The translations under genes were made by a program, and so were the position numbers. DNA of 63,614 nucleotides, filler included, from Choristocarpus tenellus KU-1152 (taxonomy: Eukaryota > Protista > Phaeophyceae), in the NCBI GenBank assembly GCA_964200185.2. It is 9 parts of 9 records of this genome, joined end to end, with 100 filler letters (N's around TTAATTAATTAA, not from the genome) between each part and the next. Parts side by side here need not be neighbours in the genome. Positions count along the whole stretch, not along the records: positions 1 to 15,481 come from CAXNAD020000991.1; positions 15,582 to 22,783 come from CAXNAD020006546.1; positions 22,884 to 26,385 come from CAXNAD020019591.1; 6 more parts are not named here. One strand, given 5' to 3'. Under the pieces are notes generated by a model, which did no database searches, was not told where the DNA came from, and saw only the letters and a list, made by a program, of their open reading frames with translations. This document shows, one piece after another, positions 13,046-26,240 of this stretch. The number at the start of each line of letters is the position of its first letter. The first letter of the stretch is position 1.

Positions 13046-15481
13046 AAAGAACTGAACGGGAGAAGAATGATGGGGGCTTGAAGGAGTTGACTGCAACATT
13101 GCAGGGTGCTAACTTTCATGCAACAAGTAATCCAGATGTGGATTCTAAGAACTGTGTTTCATTGAGTGATTTTTTTTCCAGGGGGGGTTCTTACCGGATC
13201 TAAACCTGCAGTGCCACTATAGAGCTCCATCCTCCTCATCTCCAACACCAAATACACATTCTATCCTATGGCCCTGTTACACCATGCTTGATCTATTTCT
13301 TTTCCAAAGGGTTTAAAGACTCTGTTGCAGCAGTTTGTGATGCATATATGATTGCTAGCCCTACCTTGCATCATGTAGTTTATGATTACATATTACATAT
13401 TGAGAGGGAGTCTGAGATTTGAAAGTATTTGAATTTAATTAATCTACTAGGGGCACTCTCCACAATTTGTGCTTGTTTATCACATGTTAGACATTAATAA
13501 ACCAACATATAAACACGTGAGGCATAGTTCAGTGCATCAGTGCCTGTTGACCTCAAGCAAGATGCCATCGATGAACATCAATTCAAAATCAATTACTGGT
13601 CATGAACTCACTCCAAATGACCAACCAAATAGTATAAAGGTGAGGCTGGCATTTTCTCCCTTACGATTGATTTGGTGATGTTTGGACCAGGTTGCAGGAG
13701 CAGCAAAGTTTCTGATATCATGATTAAATGATTTTTTACAATCTGTATGCTCTGGCAAGCCACCGCTCTTTGACAATAGTGGAGACATTTGAGACTGCAG
13801 ATGGACAGGTGTGGAAGGTTCAGTTTAGGTGGAGGTAAGGGGGAGTTGAAGTGACCTCTGCACACCCTACAAAACGTGCTCACCGAACAGATCCCTAGGG
13901 GAAGGGGTATTATATCGGCCTGACCTTAAGGTATGTATCCTTGTTCAAGGGTACAATGACAACATACAAGGGCACATACAATAGATTCACAGTGGGTGCA
14001 GGCAAGAGCACTCTATGGATATATAGTCAACAGGGAGTGTAGTAACAAATGGAGCAGCTCAGTGTGTGAGGATGGTGACTGGGCAACTCACTGCTGGAGT
14101 GCCTGCTGTTCACCCTAGAGAGATGGCAGCCAATCACACCAGAAACTGCTGTTTAGAAACACCATTGAGTACACCTGCCACATTCTCTCTTATTTTCGCA
14201 TAAAACGTCAGAGGAAAAATTTTACTAAGTTTAGGGTTAGTGCAGTCTCAAGCACATAATTGGTCCTGCCAACCATGACTCTCTCAACCATACATTCAAG
14301 AATCTCTTCAAGAGAATTCAGGTCAACTAAAGGCGGGAGAAGATGAGGACGTTGACCTGGGTTCTGTTCTACGGCATGGTCAGGGATGCATAATGGTATC
14401 AGTTGCTGTCACAGAAACTGGTCTTCTCCCATATATGAAAAAAAAATGGAGGTTCAACAAGCGATACACGCCTTAGGCTTCAATATAAAAACTTGTATGT
14501 TGCAGAGCGTCCTTATGGCTCAGTGGTGGAGGGGATCGTTTCCTGCATGCTTTTTGCAGTGTTGACACCAGGCTCCGGTCCATGGGAATATCATTTCAAG
14601 GATCCAAAGTCCACATGGGAAGCAGGATTTTCCACCTGCTACTCTGCCACCTGCTACTATCCCACAATAATGCCAAACCAAGAACAAGTTGGCAGAGGCT
14701 TAACTTCCAAGTGACACGGAGGCAAGATGTAGGTCGAGCACAAGATTCAAGGGAGGAGGCAGAGCAACAAAAGGTAAGAAGTCTGATCCCAACGTGTGAG
14801 GTGAAACAAACAAACAGAGGTAGAACAATTTGTCATAGCACAAGAGTCAGTTGCAGAAATACTAGTATGAAAAGTAGTGCACTGTGCAGTGCCTCTAACC
14901 ACAGGTTGGGATGGTCCCCACACCGGAGTGAAGATAACAATACTTGATACAGTAATCAGTATTGTACGGGATTAAACAAGTAATCCCCATACCATACCTT
15001 GACATACACTCTCTTTGGAACCAATTGACTTCAAATTCATGATCTACGCCCACCAAAACCCCTAACTCTAAATCTCTGTCAATTGAAGTGTTATTTGAAC
15101 ATGAGGAACACAAATTCTTAATTGAGATTGATCGTGAAGAGTAACCATAGCCTGACCACAACACACACAGACATCACCCACCCACCTGAACACCTGTTGC
15201 ACTTGTGCACACTATTTAGAATTTCTAAATTGGTGTAGTTAGTGTGTGAGTGAAAAAACAAGTCTATGCACAAGTAGTCATGGAGTTCCAGCGGAAAGGA
15301 ACAGTGGGGGGGTGTTGACATGAGCACAGGGGGCAGTGCTTTTGGGGATGGAGGAGGAGAAGATCTGCCAGCTAGCAGCCGCAGTACCCCAACAGCATCA
15401 GCAGGAAATGTGTAGGGGGGGGGGGGGCTGTACATGGGGGAAAGATAAAAAGAAGTTTCATGATCTAGAAGCCACGGTTCT

Positions 15482-15581
15482 NNNNNNNNNNNNNNNNNNN
15501 NNNNNNNNNNNNNNNNNNNNNNNNNTTAATTAATTAANNNNNNNNNNNNNNNNNNNNNNNNNNNNNNNNNNNNNNNNNNNN
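15482..15581. other. Artificial scaffold pad (N44-TTAATTAATTAA-N44)
   Basis: The same pad recurs at 22784-22883, 26386-26485, 31153-31252, 41991-42090, 49112-49211, 56381-56480 and 60794-60893. The 12-mer puts stop codons in all six frames. Confidence 0.97.
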
Positions 15582-15603
15582 CCTCCCTCAGATACTTTGG
15601 GTC

Positions 15604-15887
15604 TGAACGAAGAATCATTCCGATTCTGACTGATCCGTTTCTTTGCTGTGACGTTGCTCAGTCATTCGGGAAAATCTCTTGTGTTACGAGGTTTTTGTTC
15701 TGTGCTGGATTACCTGAACTGACTTTGAGATGTTGGGCCGAGACCTTTGATACTCAGTCTCACCCTCTAACGTGGAAGAGTTCACTCCGGTGATTGTGAT
15801 TGCCCCCTTGAGCAGAGAACTTGGCACCTTTAACACTTCTAGTGGTGATACTCACGCCGGGGCTCGAACCCAGGACCTCGGCGTTAT
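15604..15887 (-). mobile_element. 5'-truncated tRNA-Ile-derived SINE-like element
   Basis: Minus strand 15887-15849 reads ATAACGCCGAGGTCCTGGGTTCGAGCCCCGGCGTGAGTA: the 3' side of an anticodon arm, a T-arm with B-box GGTTCGAGCCC, and an acceptor strand. The D-arm half is absent. About 245 bp of non-tRNA body follows, ending at a MITE terminus. SINE status is inferred. Confidence 0.6.
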
Positions 15888-16291
15888 CTGAGCCGCCTCT
15901 TCCATTTTGTAGATGTGCCACACCAAAAACGAATGAAACCTACATCAACTCTGTCGTGTCATAACTTTTGATCAACAATTTTTTTCATGAGAATTCGTTG
16001 TATTTGCATCAGCATGCTTAACCTTATTTGATGGGTCACGGTTGACCAACTTCCAGTAATAGTGAGAAACATAGGACCATACTTAAATCAAGTAGTCCGC
16101 GCACGGTTCGCACAGGCGGGTGCCACGCGGCGCGAACCGCGCATTGATGATTTTGATTCCTGAAGGAGAACATGGGCGTTGTTGTCTCTCCATTCTATTT
16201 CCATTATTTCCCATTTATGCGATGTTGTCACCTGCTGACTAAGTCTCACTCATGGGGGTCCAGACCTCTGAACCAGACAATCCATGCCAAC

Positions 16292-16684
16292 TCAAATGAG
16301 GTATTCTGAAGGTGCGGGCCTCCTGTGAGACTTAAATATCTTGTACACCCTGTCCATTTTGGTGCACTCCATGCCTTTCTCGTTGAAATATATCAGGTGG
16401 TAAGCAATGCCCAACCTGAAGAACCTCTCCACAATTACTCTGGACACCTCCCCTTCCTCCTTAAGACTGACAGGAATATTGGCTCTCATTCCAGGCAACG
16501 TGTAGTCACTGTGGTCTCGTACATAGCGCTTCGCCTGCCCCCAGACCATCTCTATGGGGTTCAATTCACAGTGATACTTTGGAAGTATCAAGCATTGTCC
16601 TCCAAGATTCTCAACCAGAATCGTGTCCTGTGAGTGGCTTAAACAGTATCGAGCCGAGGCTAGCCCACGTACCTTTTTGGCGGT
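16292..16684 (-). mobile_element. IS630-Tc1-mariner (DDE_3-type) transposase, C-terminal fragment
   Basis: Motif CLILPKYHCELNPIEMVWGQAKRYVR contains the catalytic Glu region typical of this superfamily. The N-terminal part is missing, interrupted at 16685. Confidence 0.85.
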
Positions 16685-16965
16685 GACCAATCTTGATTTT
16701 TTTAAAGGTTAGCCAACGATTTAATCAAGGGTCAGCATATCAAATGAAAGCTCTGGATCTAGGCTATCGACCGGTACAAAGAAATTAATTCCGGAACATT
16801 TCCAAGGTTGTGCCGAAAATATTCGATTAACATTTAATCTTACCAAAATAATTTTCCGAAAAAATTCCTTTGCACCAGTGATAGCTTAGTTCAAGAGCTT
16901 TCATTCGATATACTGATCGTCCTTTAAATCATTGGGCAACCCTTTCAAACAAACCAAGATCGGTC
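16685..16965. mobile_element. Foldback/MITE with about 110-bp imperfect inverted arms
   Basis: Left arm GACCAATCTTG...CAGCATATCAAATGAAAGCTCTGGATCTAGGCTATC...TTCCGGAA matches the reverse complement of the right arm GACCGATCTTG...CAGTATATCGAATGAAAGCTCTTGAACTAAGCTATC...TTTCGGAA. Confidence 0.8.
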
Positions 16966-17375
16966 TGATCCTAGAAGCGACTACCAACACTGTAACAGGA
17001 CGACAAAGGGCAGATTGGGGGTCTATTATTGGTGTAATGTTTCACAAAAAATGTGCTATGTTGTGTTCCTATTTTTGTTATTAGGCCCTTCAACATTTTG
17101 AAGATGTGTCAAAGGAAAAATCAACAAAAACTATCCATATATATGTCAGAATAAACCCTAAAAAAGTAACAGTTGTAAATGTGAAAAACATTCATCTGTT
17201 CAATATTTTACTACCAGTTGTTCTACACCGTTCCATACCTGTTCCTCTTCTAATCTACCGTGGTCCTGTACTCCAGGGTGAGGGGCTAGGGAGGTATCCC
17301 ACAAATCTAACAAGCCCCTCCTTACCCATCTCCCTGGTGTCTCCAGTTTAAAGCGCATGGCCTGTCTGGATAGGG

Positions 17376-18270
17376 CTACTTGTGATGTGACAGAAAGTAT
17401 ATGTCGTAGACGGGATTTGACAGCCCCCTTTCTGCTATAACCTCCTGTCCCTCTCCCCCTACCATGCGCGTAGCTAGCTCATCCAGAAAACCTTCCGCTT
17501 GCTTACCTAGGCACCCAAAACTTTCCACCGCGAGAAGGTAGGTGTTGAGGTTATAACTACGAGGGTCAAAAGAGACCTCGTAGTGTGTGCGCTTTCGCAC
17601 CTCAGCTGCAGCAGCAGCTATACCCTTGCTAGTGGGGGAGTGGGGAAAGTTAGAGGTTGCCTGCACTTCTACAAACGTAACATCTAACAGGAGGCCTTTT
17701 TCCCTGTAGGGGGCTGATCCAGCGTCCGCAAGTGCCCCTGCATGGAAGACCAGATCCAATCGGAAATTACTGTCCACTGTGAAAGGGTTATCGTCCTCCA
17801 TAGTGCAAGGGATGCCCATTCCCTTGCATAGTTGACCGAGACGTTTTACCATAGAGGTTTTATTGGCGAACCTGGCCTCCTGCCCTGGGGCAGGTACTGG
17901 CATGTCTGGTGTCAACATTTTGCCTCCTGTACCCAGTCACTGGGCACCTGTTGGATAGGGCCTCCTCCCTCCCCAAGGATCTGCTGGCGGTTGGTTTTAA
18001 CTCTTTGGGGGGGTCTGGCATGCCGACTCCAGGGGTTGTGTGTTGAGGCTCATGCACTTGCCCCTTGTCCATACTGGCTCCGGTTGCGTGCTAGGGCTAG
18101 TGAGGAGCTTTCCTTCCCCTGTTCCACTTCATTTGGCAAGCTAGCTAATTGCGTGTGGTAGGAGTCAAAACGGATCCTGTTTAGGAGGCGAGTAATCTCA
18201 TGTTGAGCCCTCCTTGTGATCCTGGCTTCATGGGTTGCTAGAATGTGGACCTCTGGGGGAGGTGTGGGAG
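17376..18270 (-). mobile_element. Decayed 3' end of a non-LTR retrotransposon with a restriction-like endonuclease (CRE/R2 group)
   Basis: Frameshifted ORFs give a degenerate zinc knuckle (RCPVTG..VDTRHASTCP) followed by RLE motifs RLDLV...LLLDVT...AAAAAEVRKRTHY...LAVESFGCLGKQAEGFLDELA. Confidence 0.8.
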
Positions 18271-20178
18271 GTGTTGTGTTCACATTATTAGTAACAACTG
18301 CCTGACTAAAAAGGTATTCCACTATACTGTATGCTTCAGAAGACGCATTTGACGCACTATTATTATTTGACAGTTTTGGGGGGATTCAGTAAAACACAGT
18401 GATGGTCTAAAACCTGATCATTTCATTTCATCTATCAACCATTTGTACCAGGTTGGCAACGATGTCATTTTGACAGATGTGGAGGCATTACTGCGAATAA
18501 CCCACAGGGGAAAATAAATATGTCCTAGACATAACAGTGAGCAATACTGGTGTGGTTGGTTTCATTTACCATACGAATAGGTGCGCAAATAATGGTGCAA
18601 CCTCGTCATATATCGGAGATATCTTACTGCCACGATGGCCAACATAGGCGCTACAGAAGGGAAATGTTGGCGTGGTAATGAGAGTAGGAGGGAGTAAAGT
18701 GCAACTTCTGCCCCAACAAGTACTGTGGTAATATATTATATTGCTCACCTGGAACTGCACCTCCTGAAACCTCGTTTTGTTTGGTTAAGATGGATACTCC
18801 ATCGAGCGCAAAGGTTGATGGCAATAGACCGCTGTTGGACCTACCATCCAGGATGAAGGCAGTGAGGTGCCATTTTGGGGGATGAGGATTTGGGGTGTGA
18901 ACTGTTTGAGGGACGGTATTCTCCGTTCCACGGCAACTGGTCAAACTATGCATTTAGACGATCGCGTGAGACGCTGCAGGGTTAGATGCTCTCCAGCGAC
19001 GCTCTCAGACACTCTTCTTAGGAAGGGTAACCTTTCTAGGATATAGTTGGTCGAGTGGCAACTCTAGGGCCATCAAACTGGCGCTTGTTTTGTCCGCGTT
19101 AAGGTTTCTGTTAGAGGAGTCTACCAGGACTGGTAGCCACAAAACCACTCATTTGAGGGAGGTGTGAAGCCCTGGAGATGCAGGAGCATGCCCCAGGCCA
19201 TAGGTAGGAGTTGCAAGATGGATAGGAACCGCATGTGTAAGGAACGGGGTGGTCTCTCCTGTGCGTTTCCATAGTAGGGCGCTAATCACATCACCTCTCA
19301 ACAACCCCTCACGCCGATAATGTTGGATGTTATGCCACAGTATCAACAATGGAGATGCCTCTGTTCGAAGATGGCATGGACATGGGCAATGATAGCGATG
19401 GAAGACCATACTATTGTGAGATGGGATTGGGACTAGATGATGGGCTTTCAGACAGTGACGAGAGCTGTGTTGAAGGCGAGGTAGCGTCCACTACTGGGGG
19501 ATGGGCGGTGATTGTCGGGGAAAGCATCAATAACATGAATCCTAGAGTCCCAGAGTGTGATGAAAACAGCCACCAATTCAAGTCTGTTACTGTAGTGGGT
19601 TTCCAAAGGAGGCCATAGTCATAAAGAGGAAAAGGTTGGGCAAGAGAATCATGAGAAGAGCTTATATTGAGGAAAAAAGCATGCTTGGTGTGGGTTGGAT
19701 GGACAATAACGGTGTGCACTTCCTATCCACAACATGAGGTGGAAAAATGGGCACCATACAGCACAGACAGAAGGATGAAACTGGACTTGATGCTGAAGCA
19801 CCCCAACATCATTGAAGGTACCTTGAGTGCATGTACGGTATTTAAAAAAAATAGTAACTTAATGGTGAGCCTTGCTTGAGTGTATATATCCAAAAATGTG
19901 GTGCATTAACTTATTTCGAGGGACCATGGATATCATTGATACAAATATATTCATCGCTTCCCAACACGAACACAAACACACACACCAGGGAGGGTGAGAT
20001 GACCCCTTGCATATTCACAGGTATCCTCATGAGGTGGCTACTTGACTTTGAGAGATTGGAAAGGGACCAAACCTGCATCAAGGTTTGTGCTGCTGCAATA
20101 TCACTATCCCCAGTACTGGCACTAGCACTATTGAAATCACCCCTGCCGCTGCTTATTGCAACTAGTCTGTACCTAACA

Positions 20179-20437
20179 GGGCCAAATTATCTTAGAGGGT
20201 AGAGCAGCGTCTATTTGGGGGTCAAAATCCAATGTTGCGATTTTGATGTAATTTTGGCTATCGTGTTTGTTGGGAAGTGTCAGTATCCTTTTTTCGGACA
20301 CACCTTTTCATAACGTATACATTTTACCTACTCCGAAATGGTTCGGAGTAGGTAAAATGTCATAAAAATCCCGTGGAAAACCAAGCCCCAAACGGACAAA
20401 CAGGGTAAAACTAGTACCCTCTGAGATACTTTCACTC
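20179..20437 (-). mobile_element. MITE family A, copy 1 (inverted relative to the other copies)
   Basis: TIR consensus GAGT(C/G)AAAGTATCTTAGAGGGTA; perfect 19-bp internal hairpin at 20319-20360; flanks AACA/AATA. Confidence 0.9.
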
Positions 20438-20599
20438 AATATTTATCCTCGAGGGTTAAGGGTTGTTCACTGAACTTCACGGTGTTCACAAAGAGGTGAG
20501 GAGTGAGGAGTGGGGTGTGGGTTATGTGAATATGTGATTATTTGAATTGGCATTCAGGCATTGCCACAAAAATATTGTATATATCAGCTACTTCGACAT

Positions 20600-20812
20600 G
20601 ACTAGGCCTGCAGACCGATTGGGTACAAGCAAGTTTGAATATGGCTGTCTATGTCTATCAACTACCGGGGCTGCCAGCCTGCCCTGTACAACCAAGTTTG
20701 AACATGGCCAAGTCCATGCTCATCAGCTGTTCCAACAGGGCCGGGCCGCAGGCCAGGCCATGGCCACATGGCTGGTGGCGGACTTGCTAACTGCCCAGCC
20801 CAGTGAAATGTC
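20600..20812. mobile_element. GC-rich dispersed repeat related to 25056-26240
   Basis: Shares GCCCTGTACAACCAAGTT...GCCAAGTCCATG and CTAACTGC...AGTGAAA with 26097-26232. Confidence 0.65.
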
Positions 20813-23800
20813 CTGGAAAAAAATGGTAGTTAAAGCCTATACAGCAGGGAATACAAAGTTTTAACGTGCATGAGGCAGAAGGCTAGTGTTGCCTCAGACC
20901 ATAATAAATTGTCAATTCCTAAGAGAAGCTGCATCTACCTCTGTACCAACTGTAAATTAGGTGATGAATGATGGCATGCACACAGGTGTTTCGTGTAGGA
21001 CACCAGGTTGTTGCTGTCACTGATGTTGTTGGTAACCACGGTTCACGTCTCCAAAATTTGATACATTAGGCGACCAATCCTCCGCCGTAATCCCACAGTC
21101 CCCATTATATATACATGTGACACAGGGGCAAGCAGTAATTGCACAATTGTGGCGTAGGAAACACCTGTGCGTCGCTGCTAGCGAATGGCAGGGATGGGTG
21201 GTGGTGCCACAATCCTGCTTTTCTATTACAGTCTCCTTTTGTGCTGAAAATATTCTAGCACCTGTGGAGGCACTTCCTACTTCCACTTCCCACCACTTCC
21301 CACCTTAATATGTTGACATACAGGAGTATTTCATGGATGGACGACTTGAGCTAATCCCCCTCCAGTCAAGGATATTATGGGTCTTTTGCAACGTGACTTA
21401 GATTGTCTTTATTCCCCAATAGGGACCTTTACAAATCTTTCGGACCCCTCTCGTGTACGTACCATGTAAAACCGAGTAACTATTGTCCTTTCGTCCATCT
21501 ATTCTTGCCTGTCGGTCTATACACTACCAGTATTGGTTCTTCCACACATTTATGCTATAAAATCAAGTAAACGTTACCACTGCCGACTCTCTCTCTCAAA
21601 TGCATCGTATGAAACCAAGTAATTCTTGTCTGTCCATCACATGTCTGTGTCTGCTTTTTTGGTAAACCAGTACCAGTTCTTGACCTGACGCATAAAATGT
21701 TTTCCAAAAAAAGAACTGAAAAGTATAAACTGACTTACCGCCATCGACTCTTTGGGTCCCTCTCACATACCTACCTTACAAAACCAATGAATTTCGGCCC
21801 TTACAAACCTATTGTTCCTATAGAGCTGTCTTCACTCTTCACCAAGTTGTTTAATAGTTTGAGTCCTGGTAGAATGTTTGTTAGTGCTCACTATCATTTT
21901 TGGTGGAATCAGCACGACACAAGGGAATAAGTTGTTCCATATGAACACAGTCTGCGCAAATGTAATGAGATTGTTATTTGCTTATACGCTTGTCTACTAT
22001 CAGCAAACTCCAACCGCTACCTGCCATCATATTTGTTCCTGTCACCCATTACTATCTCTGCCGGTATATCTAGAGTCCCCTTTGATCTCTCTAGATCTCC
22101 AACCTTGAAACGAAAGGCTGTGGAACTCTTGTGCTGTGTTAGATATCCTGTGCTGCCCATTTCAAATTTCGAACACAGGAGCAAGAATAGGTTTATAGTG
22201 TTATGGTTAAAGGATAAGGAAATCGGTATATTTATCCAAAAAATATATATATATTATGATTTTTTAATATATAGTGGTTGTGTCTTGACTTAAAGTGTTT
22301 GTAAAGCTTCTGGTTTCTCACCAAATGCCGATAAACTGAATAGCATTCAGGACAAACACCCTATATTCATCTCTACATCATACACCTTATCACCCGACAG
22401 CAACTTCTCCTTCCTAACAGCAATGACTTTAATCCTTGCACGTAGGGTCAACAGTGGTCTCGTCCATACTTATTCCCAAAACCAGTAAAGCCTTACCTGC
22501 ACTGGCTGTATGTAATTGTCTTTTTACCTCCTCTATCTGTATATGCCTTTACCAACCCTCTATAGAGGCGTTTTTTCTAGTGCAACAGTTCAATCAGTCA
22601 TAGTTCGATTCATCAGAGTAACCCAATAACCGAACTGTATATTTTTGACTATTTAGTTAATTTTTATCACAACTCAAACAGAAGTGTAAACTGCTGAACA
22701 TTTCTGATGTTGTGTTACAGGCGCCCCTCAATGCTCACCTTTCCAGGATGTACAAGTCAAATCCAATTCACAGGCTAACGCACNNNNNNNNNNNNNNNNN
22801 NNNNNNNNNNNNNNNNNNNNNNNNNNNTTAATTAATTAANNNNNNNNNNNNNNNNNNNNNNNNNNNNNNNNNNNNNNNNNNNNGGGGGGGGGGGGGGGGG
22901 TGGGTGGGGTGGGGTTGTGGGCGGGGTAACTTGTTGTAGGGTATTGTCCAGTCGTTGAGGTTTGTTTTTTTGTTTCGCTACTCTATGGTGTCGTGGTACT
23001 CCTCTTGATTGCATGGAGATTATTTTTTTTCTGTTCAAAACTGCTGCGTACTTTATTGTAAGCGGACAGACAGTTCATTGAACCACCTGTTAACAGTGCC
23101 ACAACCCCTGGCCCTGTTGCATTTATGAAGGCTGTGGCCGGACACTGTAAAAAAATATATATATATCCGGGTTGGGCTTTGGCTTCGCCTTGTCCCGTCA
23201 AGGTCCTTTGTGCCCAGCGTCCCGCCCGCCCGGTATGATCAACATTTTACCCAGGCTGGTCCCTGTCAGTGAAAGGGTCAACCACCGTGATTATTATGAC
23301 CTTTCAAGCCGCTTTCAAGAGTGTAGTTTGAGTGTGAAATGACAGCATCGGGTGCAGTATGCAGTGTACTCTTTTTTTTGTTTGTTTTTCAATTGAAATG
23401 TTGTTTAGGGTTGGGGTTGGGTAGCTAGCCTGTATGGCACAGACTTCATTTTATCAACAATGCTGTTGTACCTTTACATCCTGTGTGTGTCTGTGTTGTA
23501 TGGGGTGTACATCACTACTTTTTCTATTTATGGTGTACCCTTGATGGGCAGGGGAGGTTGCTCGCTAGATTTATACCTTGCTTTGCCTCATCTTATACTC
23601 TGGAGTACAAACCAGTAATATTTAATGTATTAGTTTTTTGTTGTAGCGTAACCTAAATAAGGTTGGATTTTGTTTTCTAGGACTGGGTATACCTCATCTT
23701 GAATTAACTTGCACTTTGAAATATTTGGGTTTTTTTATAAAAAGCAGGCCTTAAAAAGTATGTATATGTATGTATACATATGCTCAAGTGAATAATATCT

Positions 23801-24160
23801 GTTTCTATGCTTCAGCAATATACCCAGGCATGCTGTTGCTGTTTTTTGCTATTGTTTGGCATTACACTATTTATAATAACATACATTAATAACATTTTTT
23901 TTAGAGCATGAACTAGACGGGGAGGGATGTGGTTAAATCACCCAAAATCTGTTCACTATGTTTTTTATTTATATGTCAGAGTATATAGTAATAAGAAAAT
24001 TGACACAAGACTGACATAACAGCCTGTTGAATATCTCGATGATCACCACAATGAAGCGTAATAATGATTAATAGTATCATAGTCATCTTTCCCCTTCCCC
24101 CTCCAGCCCCAATGTTGCATCAGAGGTACACCTTTTAAAAACCATCATTCAGTCAATTGA

Positions 24161-24193
<33 letters not shown>

Positions 24194-24453
24194 AGCCATG
24201 CACACACATCCATGTTGATGCACTGAGGAGTGGGGGGACTGAGGGGAGGAGTTGTGATTGAGGTGGAGGTGGGGTTGGTTTGCCCTCACATCATACACAC
24301 ATTACACTTGGACCTTCATGTTTTCATTGGTACCTTGTGGTTGGAGTTGAACCCATATCAGTAGAGGCACTCAATATGGCACGGGTACCAGTACAAGAAC
24401 TAGGAAGTTGAAAGACTCATTGGCGTTGGTTGTTTATGGTGTACTGGTACTTC

Positions 24454-24635
24454 ACTACAGCATGCCACAGTAGTACTTGGTGATGCCAATCTTTGTCAAT
24501 TTTTTATACAGTGCACTTGTACAGTACTACAGCATGCCACAGTAGTACTTGGTGATGCCAATCTTTGTCAACTTTTTTTTACAATGCACTTGTACAGTAC
24601 TACAGCATGCCGCAGTAGTACTTGTTGATGCCAAT
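24454..24635. repeat. 72-73-bp tandem repeat, about 2.5 copies
   Basis: ACTACAGCATGCCACAGTAGTACTTGGTGATGCCAAT... starts at 24454, 24526 and 24599. Confidence 0.9.
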
Positions 24636-25055
24636 ATTTACTTTATTTTATTTTATAGTATTATGGTTGAGGGCATCATAGTGGAGTGTTAGGGCAGTGT
24701 TTTTCGTTGTATGTTTCACTTTTGCCTGTGTGCATGCAAAGACAAAAGTGTAATGGAGAAACAGAAACGTGACGGTTTGTCAGAAGAAGCAGCACTAATT
24801 ATTTATATATTTTTTTAAGTTGTCGTATCGTTCCTCTCTCACCGCAGAGCGCTAGTTCTTTTAGCCATACTCTCCTATTTCTCCTGGTCTAGGTATTAAT
24901 TAAATACAAAGCCGAAGAGGAAATGTGAATCATCGTGACCCATTTTTTTTTCTACCATAAGTACATAAATATGTGCATATTGCCTGTATTGCGATACGTG
25001 TCTATATACATCCCTACTTGTATTAGTACGGGCTAATATACAAACAACATTTTTC

Positions 25056-26240
25056 CAGGGCCTTTAACCGGAACAGCAAATGAAAATGGTCCTGTCCTTG
25101 GGCTGGACCGGTCCCACGATTTTCTGACATGTCCCCGTCCATGTCTGCCGGACGGACCGGGTCCAACATTCTCTAACATGTCCGGACCAGGTTCACCGCC
25201 TGGTCAAACTTTTACCAACATGTCCAGACTGCATCCAGTATGTGCTACATTGGTCCAGTCCAAGAAGGGTCAGAGACAGGTCTACTCCTGGACCAGTCTT
25301 TTCACCTCGCATTTGACTCAACGGCATATTTTCAAGAAGAGTCATGCCTTGGACAATACTGTTAGTTATATCCTGTGAAACGGAACTAATATGTTTCTTT
25401 TCCCGAAGATGAATAGGCTGTTTTATTATATTAACTAACTCAAACAGATCCGGCCCAATCCGTTTGGGTTCCCCATGGAAAAATGCGATTGAGGACGCGA
25501 GAGCATTCCCAGTAGCCCAGCAGCCCCAGACCTATTCCATTTTGGGGGGGGGGGGTTCGAACGCCCATGCATCAAAAAAAAAGCATTGCACACTATATAA
25601 ACCCAACGGTGCTCTGTTCCTTTCTCAGAACACTGATCGTTCGTCGAATTAAAATGCTTCGCTCAAAAAAAAATAACGAAAATAAATCTATTCCTGTTTT
25701 TCGACCCGCTACTTCCTGTTTTTTTGGGGGTTTTTTTTCAATCTTTGCACATTTTATTTGGTTTTTTTGTGTTGTTGTTTGAGCGTTTGAACCTCGTACT
25801 ATATTGTTCTTCGTAAGAAAAAGTATTCCGCTGCGCAAAAAATGCTTCCCTCATTCTTCCTGCAGCAGGCTGCTGTTCTTGTAATCATTTTTCCGAATGA
25901 ACTTTGTTTGATGGTTGAGATCGCGATGATCACTTACTGTGTAGAGCGAGGGGGTCTGCGTGATGTGCTATGACCTGGCCGGCCTGTGTGTCAAATGTAT
26001 TTTAACCGGCCATCCACCATTGAAAATTTCTAGCATGGCCAGGTCCATGTCCATCAGTACCCCTCAGCATTAAACCAGGCCGCCGGTCAGTGGTCAGCCC
26101 TGTACAACCAAGTTCAAACTTAGCCAAGTCCATGGCCATCAACTCGGTCGACATGGATGGACCTCGGACCGGCCATGGCGGCCATATAATACAGTCCGCA
26201 TTGGATGTACTAACTGCTCGGGCCTAGTGAAAGGGCCCTG
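25056..26240. mobile_element. Putative non-autonomous hAT-like element
   Basis: Ends CAGGGCCTTT...AAAGGGCCCTG form short TIRs; GC-rich subterminal repeats on both sides; AT-rich non-coding centre. The 8-bp flanks match only 5 of 8 (CATTTTTC/AATTTTCT). Confidence 0.5.

Noticed and set aside
15526-15537. TTAATTAATTAA as a biological motif
   Set aside because: Always centred in a 100-bp N pad; it is a synthetic six-frame stop linker.
15849-15887. Functional tRNA-Ile gene
   Set aside because: The 5' acceptor strand, D-arm and A-box are not present nearby, even allowing for an intron.
18900-22700. Decayed retroelement fragments near 19000-19350 and 21300-22600
   Set aside because: The texture is coding-like, but I could not identify any RT, integrase or protease motif.
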